Assembly: GCF_018977255.1 (NCBI RefSeq)
Contig: NW_024704742.1
Span: 36,706,001 to 36,770,000, forward strand
Direction: 5' to 3'
From: Callorhinchus milii
Taxonomy: Eukaryota
DNA: 64,000 nucleotides
Shown here piece after piece: positions 22,554 through 35,982 of the stretch; position 1 is the first letter of the stretch; every line of letters starts with the position of its first letter. A program made the position numbers and the translations under genes. The notes under the pieces are model-generated. The model did no database searches. It saw nothing but the letters and a program-made list of their open reading frames with translations, and was not told where the DNA came from.

Positions 22554-23742
22554 TGTCTGTTTTTATATCAGAATAATAAGTTTATAAAACAGACAAACAA
22601 AATAATAATGATACAATTGTAATAAGGTTTATTTAAGTGAACTGTATGTGCCTCTGTACTATCGCATTGCAGCAACAAGTCACTATCAGTCTTTGGAGAT
22701 CTGGCTGCACATGTAACAAGTACTGGTGACATTTATAAGGTCCAAGCTACAAGGAATAGAGAAAGTCCATGTGACTTATTGTTCATTCCTCCTCGCCGTC
22801 CGCCCCCCCCCATCCTACTAACGGTTACCAAACGTTCAGGCACTATACCCTCTTTCTCTGGTATATTCTCCCCAAATCACTTTATTGTGCACCTTCTTTC
22901 CTTGCCTTCAAGATCCTCTTAAATCTCTAACAATGTCTTTAGTCAACATCCTCAAACTCTCTGTCCCCCTTCATTTCATGTCCCTATATAAGTGCAAGTT
23001 GCTGTTGTATTTCACCTTGCCTGATGATCTACAATCTTTACAATATGCTTTGCATCATGTTCCTATGTGAAAGGTGCTACATAAGTGCAAATTGTTGTTT
23101 TAATTGAGAAAATCTATGTTCATTCAGACACTCTTCCTGGTAGCTTGTTTCAGTTGTGAATTAAACCATTACAGTGGTAAAGAAATATTTCCAAGTGTCT
23201 TTTTGCAACTCTACACAGGTATGCTCTTCTGCTGCTATCTCAGTCTATTCCAAAATATTGAAAATATTCTGAGTTTGCTTTTCCAATCCCATTTAAAATT
23301 TGATATGCCTATATAAGGTTCTTATGATTCATCTCTTTTGAAGCCTGAAGAGCAATAGCTTTTCTAATTATTGCTCACAGCTCACTGGGGATCAACTTTA
23401 TTTCTCTCCTCAGCACTGCCTCCAGGCCAGGCCAGCCCATTAAAGCTTGTGATGCCGAACACTTTAAGTTCTCTATTTCTTTGTTGCTATTAACTGTGAA
23501 TTATATTCATGTATAATTTTACATTGCTCATATAGATGGGTAGCCCATCTTTGAGGGAATATTATATCAAATAGAAACCACTTTGGCTGTTCAGTGGGGC
23601 AAAGTCAATGATGCTCTATTGTTGCAATATCCATCGATTCCTTCCCTACCTATGCAATGGTGGTTAAAATTGTAATTATAGAGATTAAACCATGATGTAT
23701 GTTGGTGTATTTTGCAGTCTTTGCCAATTGGACCATTGTGTA

Positions 23743-23810
23743 ACAACAATAGCAAGATTACATTTGTATAGCGCCTTTCACGTCGGGAGGACGTCCCAGT
23801 GCGCTGGACA
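23743..23810 (-). mobile_element. Extremely 5'-truncated L2-A tail
   Basis: Stem-loop plus (AAC)n-like tail; GTGTA on both flanks. Confidence 0.85.
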
Positions 23811-24769
23811 GTGTACAGCATTTCAAATAACAAATATCATTGTGGTGCAACAACTCTTTCTAGACTGATATAACATGACTTGTATCACTCTAATACATCT
23901 GTATCAGCTCTCACAATGTGTACAATGTTAATTTTGCTGTATCCTGCTAATGAGCAGAATATTGTACAACACTTTCCTCCTATTGATACAACAATTTTGT
24001 TTCTTACAGTGAAACTGTGTCTCATAAACAAAATGACTATCCATATGTTACTTCTGCAGCAACAATTGTGCATTCCCACAACACAATCTGTGAAGAGCCT
24101 TAGCCATGCTCCCTCCGAGGAATTTCAAATCAGGAGACCCTGTGTCAATATTTAATGTTGATTTCAAAGAGATTCCAGCAACAAGTGGTTGAAACTAACC
24201 CAGCATTTCCAACTGATAAAATGAGAAAAGATGTACCTCAGGCATGTTTGTGTACCAGTTGTGCCGGTATTCAGTAACAAGAGACTGAGAATCATCTGAT
24301 AATGCTTGTTGTGCTAATATAAAGCAGGGCCCAGTGTGATGAATTAAAATTTTACTGGAGGCAATAACTAGCAACAGTGTTACCAAAAAGAGTACCAGGA
24401 TTTTCAAACTGGTGAAAAACAAAGATAAGAGTAGTTTGAGCAGCATTAAAATACCAACTTTCATTGATAAAATACTCTTCAAACGGGACAGTGTCTTGGA
24501 GTAATTAACAGTGGCGGAGCTTGATGCCGAGCCAGGGAAAGAGGAGAGGTGATCGTAGGCATGATTGAAGAGGAAGGTCTTCAGATGTGTTCTGAAGATG
24601 TGTGTCAACTGTTGTTTCTAGTTATGGTGCATGTTTCAGTAGTCAAATTATCTTAAAACTTTCAAAATACATACGTTGGGCGTTAATAGTTACATGACTG
24701 TAGAATTATAATGCTGGACATCATGAAGTAGAATTGGAGCGCGGTGCAAAATCATTAATAATAAAAACT

Positions 24770-25225
24770 ATTGATATAGTGTCTTTCACTTGGGGAGGAC
24801 ACCTCTCAGCATTTCACAGGATTTGCTGTAAACTGTATATACAATGTATATTGCAGGCAAATATAGGGCAGCCAGTTTGCACACTGCAATGACCTACAAA
24901 CGGCTGTGAAGTGAATCACCAATTTAATTTGGGGTATTGGTGGCCAGCATACCAGGTAGAAATTCCCTTCTCTTTACGAATAGTGCCACCTTTACATGAA
25001 AGGTATGATATAAATGTAAATTGGTATTGTGTTGCATTGATGTGATTTTTAAATCCCACAGGCAAATGAGAATCTGGGCTTAAAGTCTCATCCAAAGGAC
25101 CTCACCAATGCAGCACAACCCCAGCACTATATCGCAGTGTCATCTTAGACTGTGAGTTCAAAGCCATTCTGATGTGGAGTTTGAACCTTCTGACCTAGAG
25201 GTTAGGTTGTGCCAACTGACCTAAG
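24770..25225 (-). mobile_element. Old Deu-domain SINE
   Basis: Degenerate head (25170-25225), Deu body and tail on the minus strand. Confidence 0.65.
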
Positions 25226-25370
25226 CTATTAAAATTGTACATTAAATTTTCAAACAGTATCTATTGAGTGAACTTCATGTGCATATGTGTGCGGGGGAGC
25301 GTGCTGTTTTTGCATATTTATTTGTGCAGAATTTCTTCTGAAGCTTTAAAATTTCATTGTGTTGCAACAT

Positions 25371-26313
25371 ACAACAACAACAACAATTACAATTGTATAG
25401 CGCCCGGTCAGACCGACCTCCCAGGGCACTTGAGAGTCAGGGTTTTTTGTACTGGAGGTGGGATTTGGGGTCAGGAGGGGTGGAGGGCAGGGAGGATGGG
25501 GTTGGGAAGGTAGGCGAAGGCACGGTTGAAGAGGAAGGTCTTCAGACGGGACTTGAAGGAGGCAAGAGAGGGGGTGAGACAGAGAGATTGTGGGATAGAG
25601 GCGGGCAATGTTGCGGAGGTGTGAAAAGGCGGAATGGGTCATGGCATGGAAAAAGACACCGAGGTTTCGAATTGGCTCGGTGAGGTGAAGAGTGCAGCCA
25701 TGAATGGTAATAGTATCAGCAGCTGAGGTGAGGAGGCACTGCCGGGAGCCAAGCAGGAAGGCCTCTGTCTTGTCAACATTGAGCTGGAGGAAGTTGGCTC
25801 TCGTCCAGGACTTAATGTCAAACAGACATTAGTCAGGACATCAACGGTCCTGGAGTCGAGGATGGAGGCGGCGAGATAACTTGAGTGTCATCTGCATACA
25901 TATGGAAATTGATCCCATGCCTGTGTATAGATTGAAGAGGAGGGGAGCAAGGACAAAGCCCTGAGGGATACTACGTGTGACAGTATGGGTGCTAGAGGAG
26001 AAGCTGTTAGTGGCACGAAGTGCAGATGGTAGGAAAGGTAGGATTGAAAACAGGCAAGAACAGAACCATTGAGGTGGAGGTGAGAGGAGAGACGGTGGAG
26101 AAGAATAGAGTGGAGTGAAGGATAGAAAGTGATTGAAAAGGACGAGAAGACAGAGAAGACACTGGTTCCAGGTGGACAGAATGTCATTTGACACTTTGAC
26201 CAGAGCTGTCTCTGTGCTGTGAGGAGCATGAAATCCAGATTGGAGGGGCTTATGGAGGGAACGCTGGGAGACGAAAGAGCAAAGCTGGGAAGCAACCACT
26301 CATTCCATGACCT
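25371..26313 (-). mobile_element. Degenerate, internally deleted L2
   Basis: VVASQL...[47 protein letters not shown]; (AAC)n tail. Confidence 0.88.
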
Positions 26314-26344
26314 TGAAAAGAAAATGAATGTAATAAAAACAATA

Positions 26345-26690
26345 GAAATTTATATATCACCTTTCATGTTTGGAGGATGTGTCCAAATGCTTAACAGTAC
26401 AGGCTGGGCACCTGATCTGAGGGTGAGAGCTGAGAGGAGTGGTGAAGGGGAAGTTGACCGAAAGCATAATAGGTCTAGAAACAGACCTTGAACAAGGTGA
26501 GAGAGGGAGGGAGTCAGAGGGACTCTGGGATGGAGGTTCAGAGAATGGGGCAGAAATGGTGAAAGCCCACCCGCTGACAGAGGGGTGGGTGGGGCAGGGA
26601 ACATGAAGTAGGCTAAGCAGTGGGAGCAGCCGGGATGGTGGCATTTGAGGAGCTCCCACAGGTAGGGTGGGGTGAGACGATGGAAAGATT
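26345..26690 (-). mobile_element. Degenerate L2 3' fragment
   Basis: Tail stem-loop and 3' ORF2 similarity. Confidence 0.7.
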
Positions 26691-28689
26691 TAAAAGGTGA
26701 TACTTTAATAAGTATCTCTCATTGCTCGTTAGATTTATTGATTTTTTTTAAAACTTTGGAACCAGGTCATTGTATTGCAATGGTCTTTTCCAGTCCCATG
26801 TTCCTATGTTTCTATCATAATGGAACTGGATAGCCAGTCTTGATCCATTGGAAGAGATTACAGGCTGCTGAACAGTGCAGACCCAAACCAAATTGGTACT
26901 AACTTGTATTGTGTTATCACCAAGACACTAACACTGGGCATTCAAATCCACTGCCTCTAAACTTAACGCTGGGCTAATTAAAATAATTAAAATATAGTAC
27001 TTCAGCAACTAGGCATGACCCACTTGACTTTTGCAAATAATAATTGCATTCTGGTTTTAAAGGACAGAAAGTGGTGATTAGAGAGCTTCGATATTTATAT
27101 TAAGAAAATGAACATTTTCTAAACGTTTTCATCCAGTAGACCTTTTTTGCTTCTACGAGCTGGTTATGAACTGCACTTCATATAGATTCGAAACCTATAG
27201 AGTTTCAGAATGTGGAGACCTGTTAAAAAAAATTGATTTAGAACATATGGTTGAATTCAAACAGAGCATTGTGAGGGATGATTATTGCTGGAGAAACATA
27301 GCTACAATTTTCGTTCCTTCTCTTCTCCCCCACAAATATCTCCACAGAAGCAATAGCAAATGTTTATAATCTTCTGGGCAATGGAGCAATTCTGGTAAGT
27401 GAATTATTCTGTTTTTTTTGTTCAAACTACCTCATGATTGAGAAATAATAATCATAGCTGTTTCCGTAATGATCAACAATATATAGTATGTTTTGCAAAT
27501 CTCAAACACAATTTTCATTCAAATGCATAAATTTGGATGGGGGTGATGGGCATACAAACCTTTGTGCTGGATAACAGGATAACTGATCATATAATATAAT
27601 TCTTGCATTTGATATAGCGTCTTATCACATCCTCGAGACATCACAAAGCTCTTCACAGGATGTACTGTAAAGTGAATTGATTGTATGATCATGTTCTCTT
27701 TGTTATTCTAGACTTTGGGAAATGTCTAATCATTATTGTTTTTATTTTTAAAAATGTGTATATATATATACATATATACATAAACAATGCTTGTTACCTA
27801 AAAAATACTGAAATATACACACACACACACGCACACATCAGTTCAGTAATATGCACAATTTTAAAAAGAACAGGTCTGGTATAACACAGGGAACATGTTG
27901 AGCAACCTGCCTCAGTTGGTAACATTCTGACCTCTGAGCCAAGGAGATGACTTCCTTCTAATCTCTGTTCAGCTACAGAAAGTTTATGCTCATCCAGGCC
28001 TTGACATCTGATATACTGATGGACAGGACAGCAGTGGACCTGGAATTGTAACTGGAAGAGGAAAAATAATTTGGAAAATATAATCTGCATACATACAAGG
28101 ATTTCCAGGGAGTTAGTGCAATGTGGCTGAAAGCACAGCCACCAATCCTGGAGCGGAGTGGTCAAGGGCTGTGCAGAAGTCCCAAGCCGACTGAGCGAAC
28201 TGGACGGGTAGAGAAGTGGGGTGTGAACAGGTGAGATCGGGAGGATCCAGTAAGCCGATAGGAATATGGGACAACTCAGTGGAATGCTTTGCTTCTTTAA
28301 CTATCCACAGCGAAAGGCACAACACCAACCTGCAAAATAAACATGGCTTATCCTGAGGTGATTTATGAATCATGAATGTTAAAATGAAAGCTCTGGAGGC
28401 TAGCATAAGGGATCGTTTGTGTTATGTTTTAATTAACTCCCTTGACACCAATTTCAGGAAGGTGCCTGCAGGATTGTTTATCCATTATAGCCTTTCTGGA
28501 TGATCAACTATATATGTTTGTACAAATCGAAATGTTGTAATCCTAATTTCTCCCTAGTGCAGTTGTTGCAATGCTGTTGCTGGGCTAGTGAGGAGCGGTC
28601 CAAAAAATAGTGCTTGGCTTGCACCCAAGAGGGTTGGTGCACNTTTTTGAGCTGTTGTCCATGAGTTGAACTTAAGTTGTACGACCAAT

Positions 28690-28890
28690 GTGTTTGGGGG
28701 ATTGTTGGCCAGAATACTGGGAGAACTAGTTTTTGAACATGCCATGGGTACTTTAACTTGGACCAGAATCGACAGAAGTCTCGCAACACTCCACTGCAAT
28801 CAACCATGACTACACGCTGAAAATCCTTAACATAGGACTTGAATCTGCAACTTTATGACCCAGAGGCAAGAGTGGTATCAGCTGAAGCTA
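28690..28890 (-). mobile_element. Old Deu-domain SINE fragment
   Basis: TTGGGGGATTGTTGGCCAGAATACTGGGAGAACT...GCCATGGG plus a degenerate head. Confidence 0.6.
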
Positions 28891-29420
28891 GCTTCAAATT
28901 ATCCCTCTAACATTGGGAATCATCCTCATTTGCTGTTCACTGCACAACAACAATTTGCGATTATAAAGTGCCCTTCACAGAGGGTAGCGTCCCAGAGTAC
29001 TACGCTGTTCGCACTGAAGCTTGTCAGCTCCCTTGTGTTGCAGCGATGAGAACTCTAGCTGCAGCCTCACTGGAACACGGTAATAGCTTGTGCCGGCTTC
29101 CTGGGATCTTAGCTCAACTGATTTGGCAAACAGTCAAGCATTCTGTTGGCCTTTTTTATTGCAGCCTCAAACTGTATGGACATATCGAGTGATATGTCAA
29201 CTTCGACCTCAAGATCACTTTTAACCTTCCTCCTCTGCAAGTTCTATTCTGTCCACATGTGCTTTTTATTATTCTAGTACTTTTTGTTTTTCTATATTGA
29301 CCTTAAGATTATTTAAGTGTCTACCTCTGTGCTACACATTAGTGAGGTCAAATTTGTGGCCAATGTAATGGTCAGATTTCTGAAACATTGATTGAATATG
29401 CTGAAGGCATTTTATTTTTT

Positions 29421-29938
29421 ACAACAACAACAACAACAAGATTCCATTTATAAAGCGCCTTTCACGTCAGGAGGACGTCCCAAGGCGCTGCACAGTTGGG
29501 TCATGACCCGAGCAGGGGGGAAATGGTCAGGGTGAGGGGAGGGAAGGGAGGGAGAGAGGAGGGGGGAAATGGTCAGGGTGAGGGGAGGGAAGGGAGGGAG
29601 CGAGGAGGGGGGGAAATGGTCAGGGTGAGGGGAGGGAAGGGAGGGAGCGAGGAGGGGAAAGAGAGTCGAGAGGGGAGCTGAAGGCACGGTCAAAGAGAAA
29701 GGTTTTGAGACCGGCCTTGAAGGAGGAAAGGGAGGAAGCAAGGCGAAGGCACTGGGGGATGGAGTTCCAGAGCCTGGGGGCTGAGAGGCTGAAGGCCCGA
29801 CCACCGATGGTAGGGCGTTTGGGGCGGGGGACGTGGAGCAGACCGGAGCCAGAGGAACGGAGGGTACGGGCAGGTAGGTAGGGGGATAGTAGGTTGGAGA
29901 GGTAGGAGGGAGCAAGGCCGTGAATGGCCTTGTAGGTG
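29421..29938 (-). mobile_element. Young L2-A 3' fragment with triplicated 46-bp 3'UTR unit
   Basis: [60 protein letters not shown]; (AAC)n tail. Confidence 0.95.
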
Positions 29939-30740
29939 AATAACAATAACAACAACAAATTATATTTGTATAGTGCCTTTCACGTCAGTGATTTGGACCC
30001 GAGCAGTGGGGGTTGGGATCAAGAGGGTGGAGGGCCCAGAGGGCGGGCCCGAAGGTGCGGTCGAACAGGAGGGTCTTGAAGTAGGCAAGAGAGGGAGCAA
30101 GGCAAAGGGACTGTGGGATGGAATTCCAAAGGGATGGGGGCAGAAAGGCTGAAGATCCGACCGCCAATGGTGGGGGGCAGGCAGATGACGTGGAGCAGGC
30201 CACAACCTGCTGAGCAGAGGGAGCAGACAGGTTGATATGGGGTCAGCAGGTCACAGAGGTAGGAAGGAACAAGGACGTGTAGGGCCTTGAAAACGAGGAC
30301 GAGGATTTTGAACTCTATCCTCTAAGGATGAGGAACCAGTGGAGCCAGGCGAGGGTGGCGGTGATAGGCTCATGGATCCTGGTGCGGGAGAAGCCATGAG
30401 CTGCAGAGTTCTGGATGATCGGTGGAGAGAAGAGTTGGGAAGGCCGACAAGCAGGGAGTTGGCATATTGTTTTTTTTTCTTGAGGGATTATTATCAGGCG
30501 TGTGGAGTAAGGAAACTTGCCCAAGGTTTTGCCCTGCCGGGAATCAAACCCAGGTCTCTCGCTTGCAAGACGAGTGCTCTAACCACTGAGCTACAAGACT
30601 CCATCAGGTTGAGGTGAGAGGAGTGGGGGTGAAGGAGGATAGAGTAGTCAACAGTGTCAAAGGCAGCAGAAAGGTCAAGGAGGACGAGAAGATAGAGGGA
30701 GCCCTGTTCACAGATGGACAAAATGTCATTTGTCACTAAC
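29939..30740 (-). mobile_element. Older deleted L2 interrupted by a SINE 5' half (30467-30602)
   Basis: L2 3' end at 29939-30465; RT piece TNDILSICEQGSLYLLVLLDLSAAFDTVDYSILL at 30604-30740; SINE head between them. Confidence 0.85.
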
Positions 30741-32390
30741 GCTGTTTGGTCCCCCACCCTCTCCCCCTGGTTCATTGTCAGACTGTAAAGCACTCCGGGA
30801 CACTACCCTGCATGAAGGGCACTATATAAATGCAAGTTGGTTTTTCTGTGCTGTGAGCACATGAAGAACAGGAATCTGGAGGTAGATGGGCAAGGGAAGA
30901 TCTTGTCAGTAATATGTTGAATTCTTTGTACTTCTTCTAGACTAATAGTGGAGAGGCATACACCATCAATCACAAGCCACTGCTGTACACACCTGTTAGA
31001 AATACAGGATATCCTCGATGGAGTGGGTTTTCTCAGTGGAGCTCTTTTACAAGTGGCAGATTTGTGATGCTTTAAGTCAGTGAAAGAAGCCTTGTAAAAT
31101 AAAGCGGTAGTGCTCTATTTAGTCTATGGAATTGCTATTCAGTGCATATTGGAGTGTAGACTATTAAGTGATAATTAACAGTGGTTAATTATCAGGTGAC
31201 ATTCCTCAGCTATGAACCTAACTCCAACATTTCACTGGAGTAAAGTACTTTTCTGTCTATTTGCGATAGACATTCAATTTGTTAAGAGTTGAAATAAGTA
31301 AATGTCTACAATGCTTTGCAATGTTGAGGGAAAATATCCTGCATCTTATTGTCTCAAATCATGATCTTTAGGGGCCGAATCATAATCCTAAAAAATATTG
31401 GTGCAAATTTGCAATTAGATACTTGTGTAGCTTTATCACTAGAACAGTGGAGATTGCGGGGTGAGGGAGGCCTGCAATTGGTTTCTAAATACATTGGTTT
31501 TACAGGCATCAGCACACCAACCTGTACGCTTCACTATATCAATTGAAATGGGGGATCTAAAAACACTGTCCTTTTTTACGGTTGGGTACAGTACTGGCAA
31601 AATGATAGGGAAGTTTAAAGAGCGATATCCAGTCGTTAGATGTGGGAAATTGCAGCACTTAGCAAATAATACTGTACATATTTTTAAACAGGTTTGTTAA
31701 AGGATGTAAACATCCCATATAAACTGCACTATAATAGTTCACACAGCAGTATCAAAGGTGACGGAACAGCATTCTACCCACTCCCTCCTTCTCCCAGTCA
31801 CCAATTCCCAGAATGTGGTAAGCTGTTCCATGTTTGATTTATATTGCAAAGAATAATATTCACAGCTATGTATTGCAGGGCAATAACACATTTTATTGAT
31901 GAACCAGTTCTGAATTCGCTCAAGCCTCTTTATTTATTATTCTCAGATCTCAGCTCCCCCACATAAAATCCTGAGTAAAGAAACATTCAGGTTTTTATTG
32001 AACGCTCATGGCCACTTGGACGACTCATGGAGGAATGTTTCACCACCTATAGTTTCAGCAACTGAATTTAAAGTTTGTTTTATTACATCTTCAGGGTACA
32101 TTCAATAAAACTGGAGAAACCTTGCACCTATTTTTGTGAGGGCTCAGGCAAACAATATTCTCTCCCCTGTTAGACGTTGGCAAGCAATGGCCATTATTGC
32201 CTAGAGACATGACTGACAGAAGCGAGATAGTGAAAACTATTTTCTGCCATCAGGCTTATGTTCACCTAATCATATTTTGATTTCTATTCAGAAATATAAT
32301 AATTGCAATGATAATAATATAATTCTAACTTTATTTAAGGAGTGTACATTATTTTGTTAACATCTATTTGGTAGTCATTTCTTTATTTGT

Positions 32391-34205
32391 ACAACAACAA
32401 CAAGATTCCATTTATAGAGCGCCTTTCACGTCGGGAGGACGTCCCAAGGCGCTGTACAGTTGGGTCAGGAACCGAGCAGGGGGGAAATGGTCAGGGTGAG
32501 GGGAGGGAAGGGAGGGAGCGAGGAGGGGGTAGAGTCGAGAGGGGAGCTGAAGGCACGGTCAAAGAGAAAGGTCTTGAGACCGGCCTTGAAGGAGGAAAGG
32601 GAGGAGGCGGCGAAGGCACTGGGGGATAGAGTTCCAGAGCCTCGGGGCTGAGAGGCTGAAGGCCCGGCCACCAATGGTAGGGCGGTTGGGGCGGGGGATA
32701 TGGAGCAGACCGGAGCCAGAGGAACGGAGGGTACGGGTAGGTAGGGGGATAGTAGGTCGGGGAGGTAGGAGGGAGCGCGGCCGTGGATGGCCTTGTAGGT
32801 GAGGATGAGGATCTTGAAATCAATCCTCTGGGGGATGGGGAGCCAGTGGAGGCGAGCGAGGGTGGGAGTGATGTGGTTGCGAAGCCTGGTGCGGGACAGT
32901 ACACGAGCTGCAGAGTTCTGAATGACCTGCAGCTTGTGGAGGGAGGTGCCGGGAAGGCCGGCGAGGAGAGAGTTCCCATAGTCCAGCCTTGAGGTGATAA
33001 AGGCGTGGACCAGAGTTTCAGCAGCGTGAGGGGTGAGGTAGTGCCGTAGTCTGGCGACATTCCGGAGGTGATGGAAGGTGGTGCCAGTTGTGGCACAGAT
33101 ATAAGGGAGAAAGGACAGCTCAGGGTTGAACAAAACACCGAGGTTCCTGACTGCTTTGAGAGGTGGAGAGTGCAGCCTTGGATGCTGATGCTGTCAGCGC
33201 CTGAGGTGCGGAGGCGCTGACGTGAGCCAATCAGGAGGGCCTCAGTTTTTCGCACGTTGAGCTGAAGAAAGTTGTCTCTCGTCCAGGACTCGATGTCGGA
33301 CAGGCAGGCTGTCAGGACATCGGTGGTCGTGGAGTTGAGGGTAGAGGAGGAAAGGTAGAGTTGGGTGTCATCCGCATACATGTGGAAGTTAACCCCATGT
33401 CTGCGGATGATGTCACCACAGGGGGAGCATGTAGAGGGTGAAGAGGAGAGGACTGAGGACAGAGCCTTTAGGGACACCGTACAAGACAGTGCGGGGGCCG
33501 GAGGTAAAACCATTCGTGGAAACAAAGTGAAGACGGTGGGAGAGGTACGACCTAAACCACTCAAGGACAGGGCCTTGAAGGTTGAGATGGGAGGACAAGC
33601 GGTGGAGGAGGATAGCATGGTCGACAGTATCGAATGCTCCTGATAGGTCAAGGAGGACGAGGAGGCAGAGGGAGCCCTGGTCACAGATGGTCAGGATGTC
33701 ATTGATGACCTTGACCAGGGCAGTTTCTGTGCTATGGGCAGCACGGAAACCCGACTGAAGGGGTTTGAATAATGAATGGGTGGAGAGGAAACAGCGCAGC
33801 TGGGAGGCGACAACTCGTTCCAGGACCTTGGACAGGAAGGGGAGGTTGGAGATAGGCCGGTAGCTTGATAGCTGCGATGCATCAAGGGAGGGTTTTTTCA
33901 AGGTGGGAGTGATGGTGGCAGTTTTTAAGGGAATGGGAACAGAGCCAGAGGAGAGGGACAGGTTGACGATGTCTGTGATATGTGGGGCAAGGAGGTGGAG
34001 CTGGGAGATAAGGAGTGGAGTGGGGATGGGGTCAAGGGCGCAGGTGGTGGGTTTCAGGGATAGGATGAGTTTGGTGACAGAGGGTGGGGAAACGGGTACG
34101 AAAGTGTGTAGGGGAGGATGGGTAGGAGTCGGAGTGTGGGAGGGATGGGGTGGTGGGTGGGTGGAGATGGAGCAGGAGGGGGTGAAGTGCAGGTTGAAGT
34201 CGCAA
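32391..34205 (-). mobile_element. L2-A LINE, 1.8 kb, frameshifted RT domain
   Basis: SYRPISNLPFLSKVLERVVASQL; QSGFRAAHSTETAL; LLDLSGAFDTVDH; GVPKGSVLSPLLFTLY; YADDTQLY; frameshifts; (AAC)n tail. Confidence 0.97.
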
Positions 34206-35469
34206 CCTTGTATTATTTTATTGACAAGCGGAGCCATTGCTTTGACTTCTAGTGATTTTCTAAGATATGTCCTAAAGAGTACACCCCACGTCACGTTCCC
34301 ATGTCAAACACTGTAGTCCAACATGCAGTGCTTTCTAACAGCATTGCTTAACAAAGACTCCAAGTTGCAAATAAGCAATCCTGATAACTGGAAGTACTGT
34401 ATGTTGAAGTGACCTGTGGGAAAAACATTCTGGATTAGATGTAGGTCCCGTGGGTCAGCGTGCCATAGATCCAGTTACTGGAAGGAGACCCCATTTGCGT
34501 CTCAGAGTCATTATTAAGAAATTCCATTGTGACTGTTCATAGTTCATAGTCTCCAATATGCCTACTCAATATGTTTTAATGTGGAAGTACTCAGTAATTT
34601 GACATATTATTGTTAAATACAGTGCAGTAATTAATGTGGGTATGTTATGCCACCAGACTTGCATAGCAAAATGATATTTTGATAACTGTAGAGCTTCGTA
34701 AGTGCAGCATCATCTGCAAACTTACTTGTGAGGCAGATCAAGGGAAATTATTTTTCCTGGAAAAATAAGTTTATGGCATAGAGGAAATGTTTTATCAATA
34801 TAGAGCTAAGTTATGTGAAGAGTTATTTTGAAGTGTATTGTTCTCAGTTAGGTTGTTTATGCTAAGTGAGTTCTATTGAATGCACAAGTTTTCCTGTGAA
34901 ATAGATTGATTTTTTTTCCCTGGACCTGCTATAAGGGATGAATTATGTATTTGATTCACAAAAAATGTAAGAGGTATTGCACTTTCTTCCCATCTGCCTA
35001 CTATTGAACAATTCTCCAACAGTCGATTCTGTTTGCTCCTATTCTTTCTGCTCCACTATTGGCAACCCAGCTTTTAGTCATCGTATCCTAATTCTCTTCC
35101 ATAATAATTGTTTTACTTTGCTCTCTTGCTCTCTCTCTCATTCAAAAATCTAAAGCCTATCGTTTCATCTTGCCTTTGTTCAGCTGTAACTCTCTGTCAT
35201 TTCTACCTCTGTGCCCACTGTTCCCATTGTCAAGCACTTCGAGATATTATTTTATGTGAATGGTGTGCAATAAATGCTAAGGGGCACATTCCCAGGCACT
35301 GGGGAGACAGAATACCCAAATCAGCCCTAGCTTCATTATTGCTGCAACAACATATATGCCACTTTATGGTATATCCTGTGAAGTGCTTTGAGAGGTGATA
35401 AGGCACTTTATCAAATGCGAGGATTATTATTATTTTATTATAATAATAATTCTTGCAATTATTCTTGCA

Positions 35470-35960
35470 ATCACTCCACCCTCGCTCGCCTCCGCTGGCT
35501 CCCCATCTCCCAGAGGATCGAATTCAAGAACCTCATCCTCACCTACAAGGCCATTCACGGCCTTGCACCCTCCTTCCTCCCCGACCTACTATCCCCCTAC
35601 TTAACTACCCGTACCCTCCGTTCCTCTGGCTCCGGTCTGCTCCACACTCCCCGCCCTAACCGCCCTACCATCGGTGGCCGGGCCTTCAGCCTCTCAGCTC
35701 CTAGGCTCTGGAACTCCATCTCCCAGTGCCTTCGCCTTGCTTCCTCCCTTTCCTCCTTCAAGGCTGGTCTCAAGACCTTTCTCTTCAGCCGTGCATTCAG
35801 CTCCCCTCTCGACTCTCTACCCCCTCCTCATTCCCTCCCTTCCCTCCCCTCACCCTGACCATTTCCCCCCTGCTCGGGTCCCGACCCAACTGTCCAGCAC
35901 CTTGGGATGTCCTCCCCACGTGAAAGGCGCTCTATAAATGCAATCTTGTTGTTGTTGTTG
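35470..35960 (+). mobile_element. Young L2-A 3' fragment
   Basis: TLARLRWLPISQRIEFKNLILTYKAIHGLAPS...; stem-loop and (GTT)n. Confidence 0.95.
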
Positions 35961-35982
35961 CAATTGATATGGTTCCATTTAT

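Noticed and set aside
28109..28230. + strand exon AG|GGAGTT...AACAG|GTGAG
   Set aside because: It resembles an old minus-strand L2 3' region (GCTGAAAGCACAGCCACCAAT...), so the splice-like signals are probably incidental.
28585..28660. Degenerate palindrome around the ambiguous base at 28643
   Set aside because: The arms are too short and mismatched to call by eye.
29515..29653. CRISPR-like array
   Set aside because: Head-to-tail tandem units with no unique spacers, inside a LINE 3'UTR in a eukaryotic context.
32465..34294. Intact reverse transcriptase gene or novel RT system
   Set aside because: Ordinary L2 ORF2, split over three frames and lacking an intact endonuclease.
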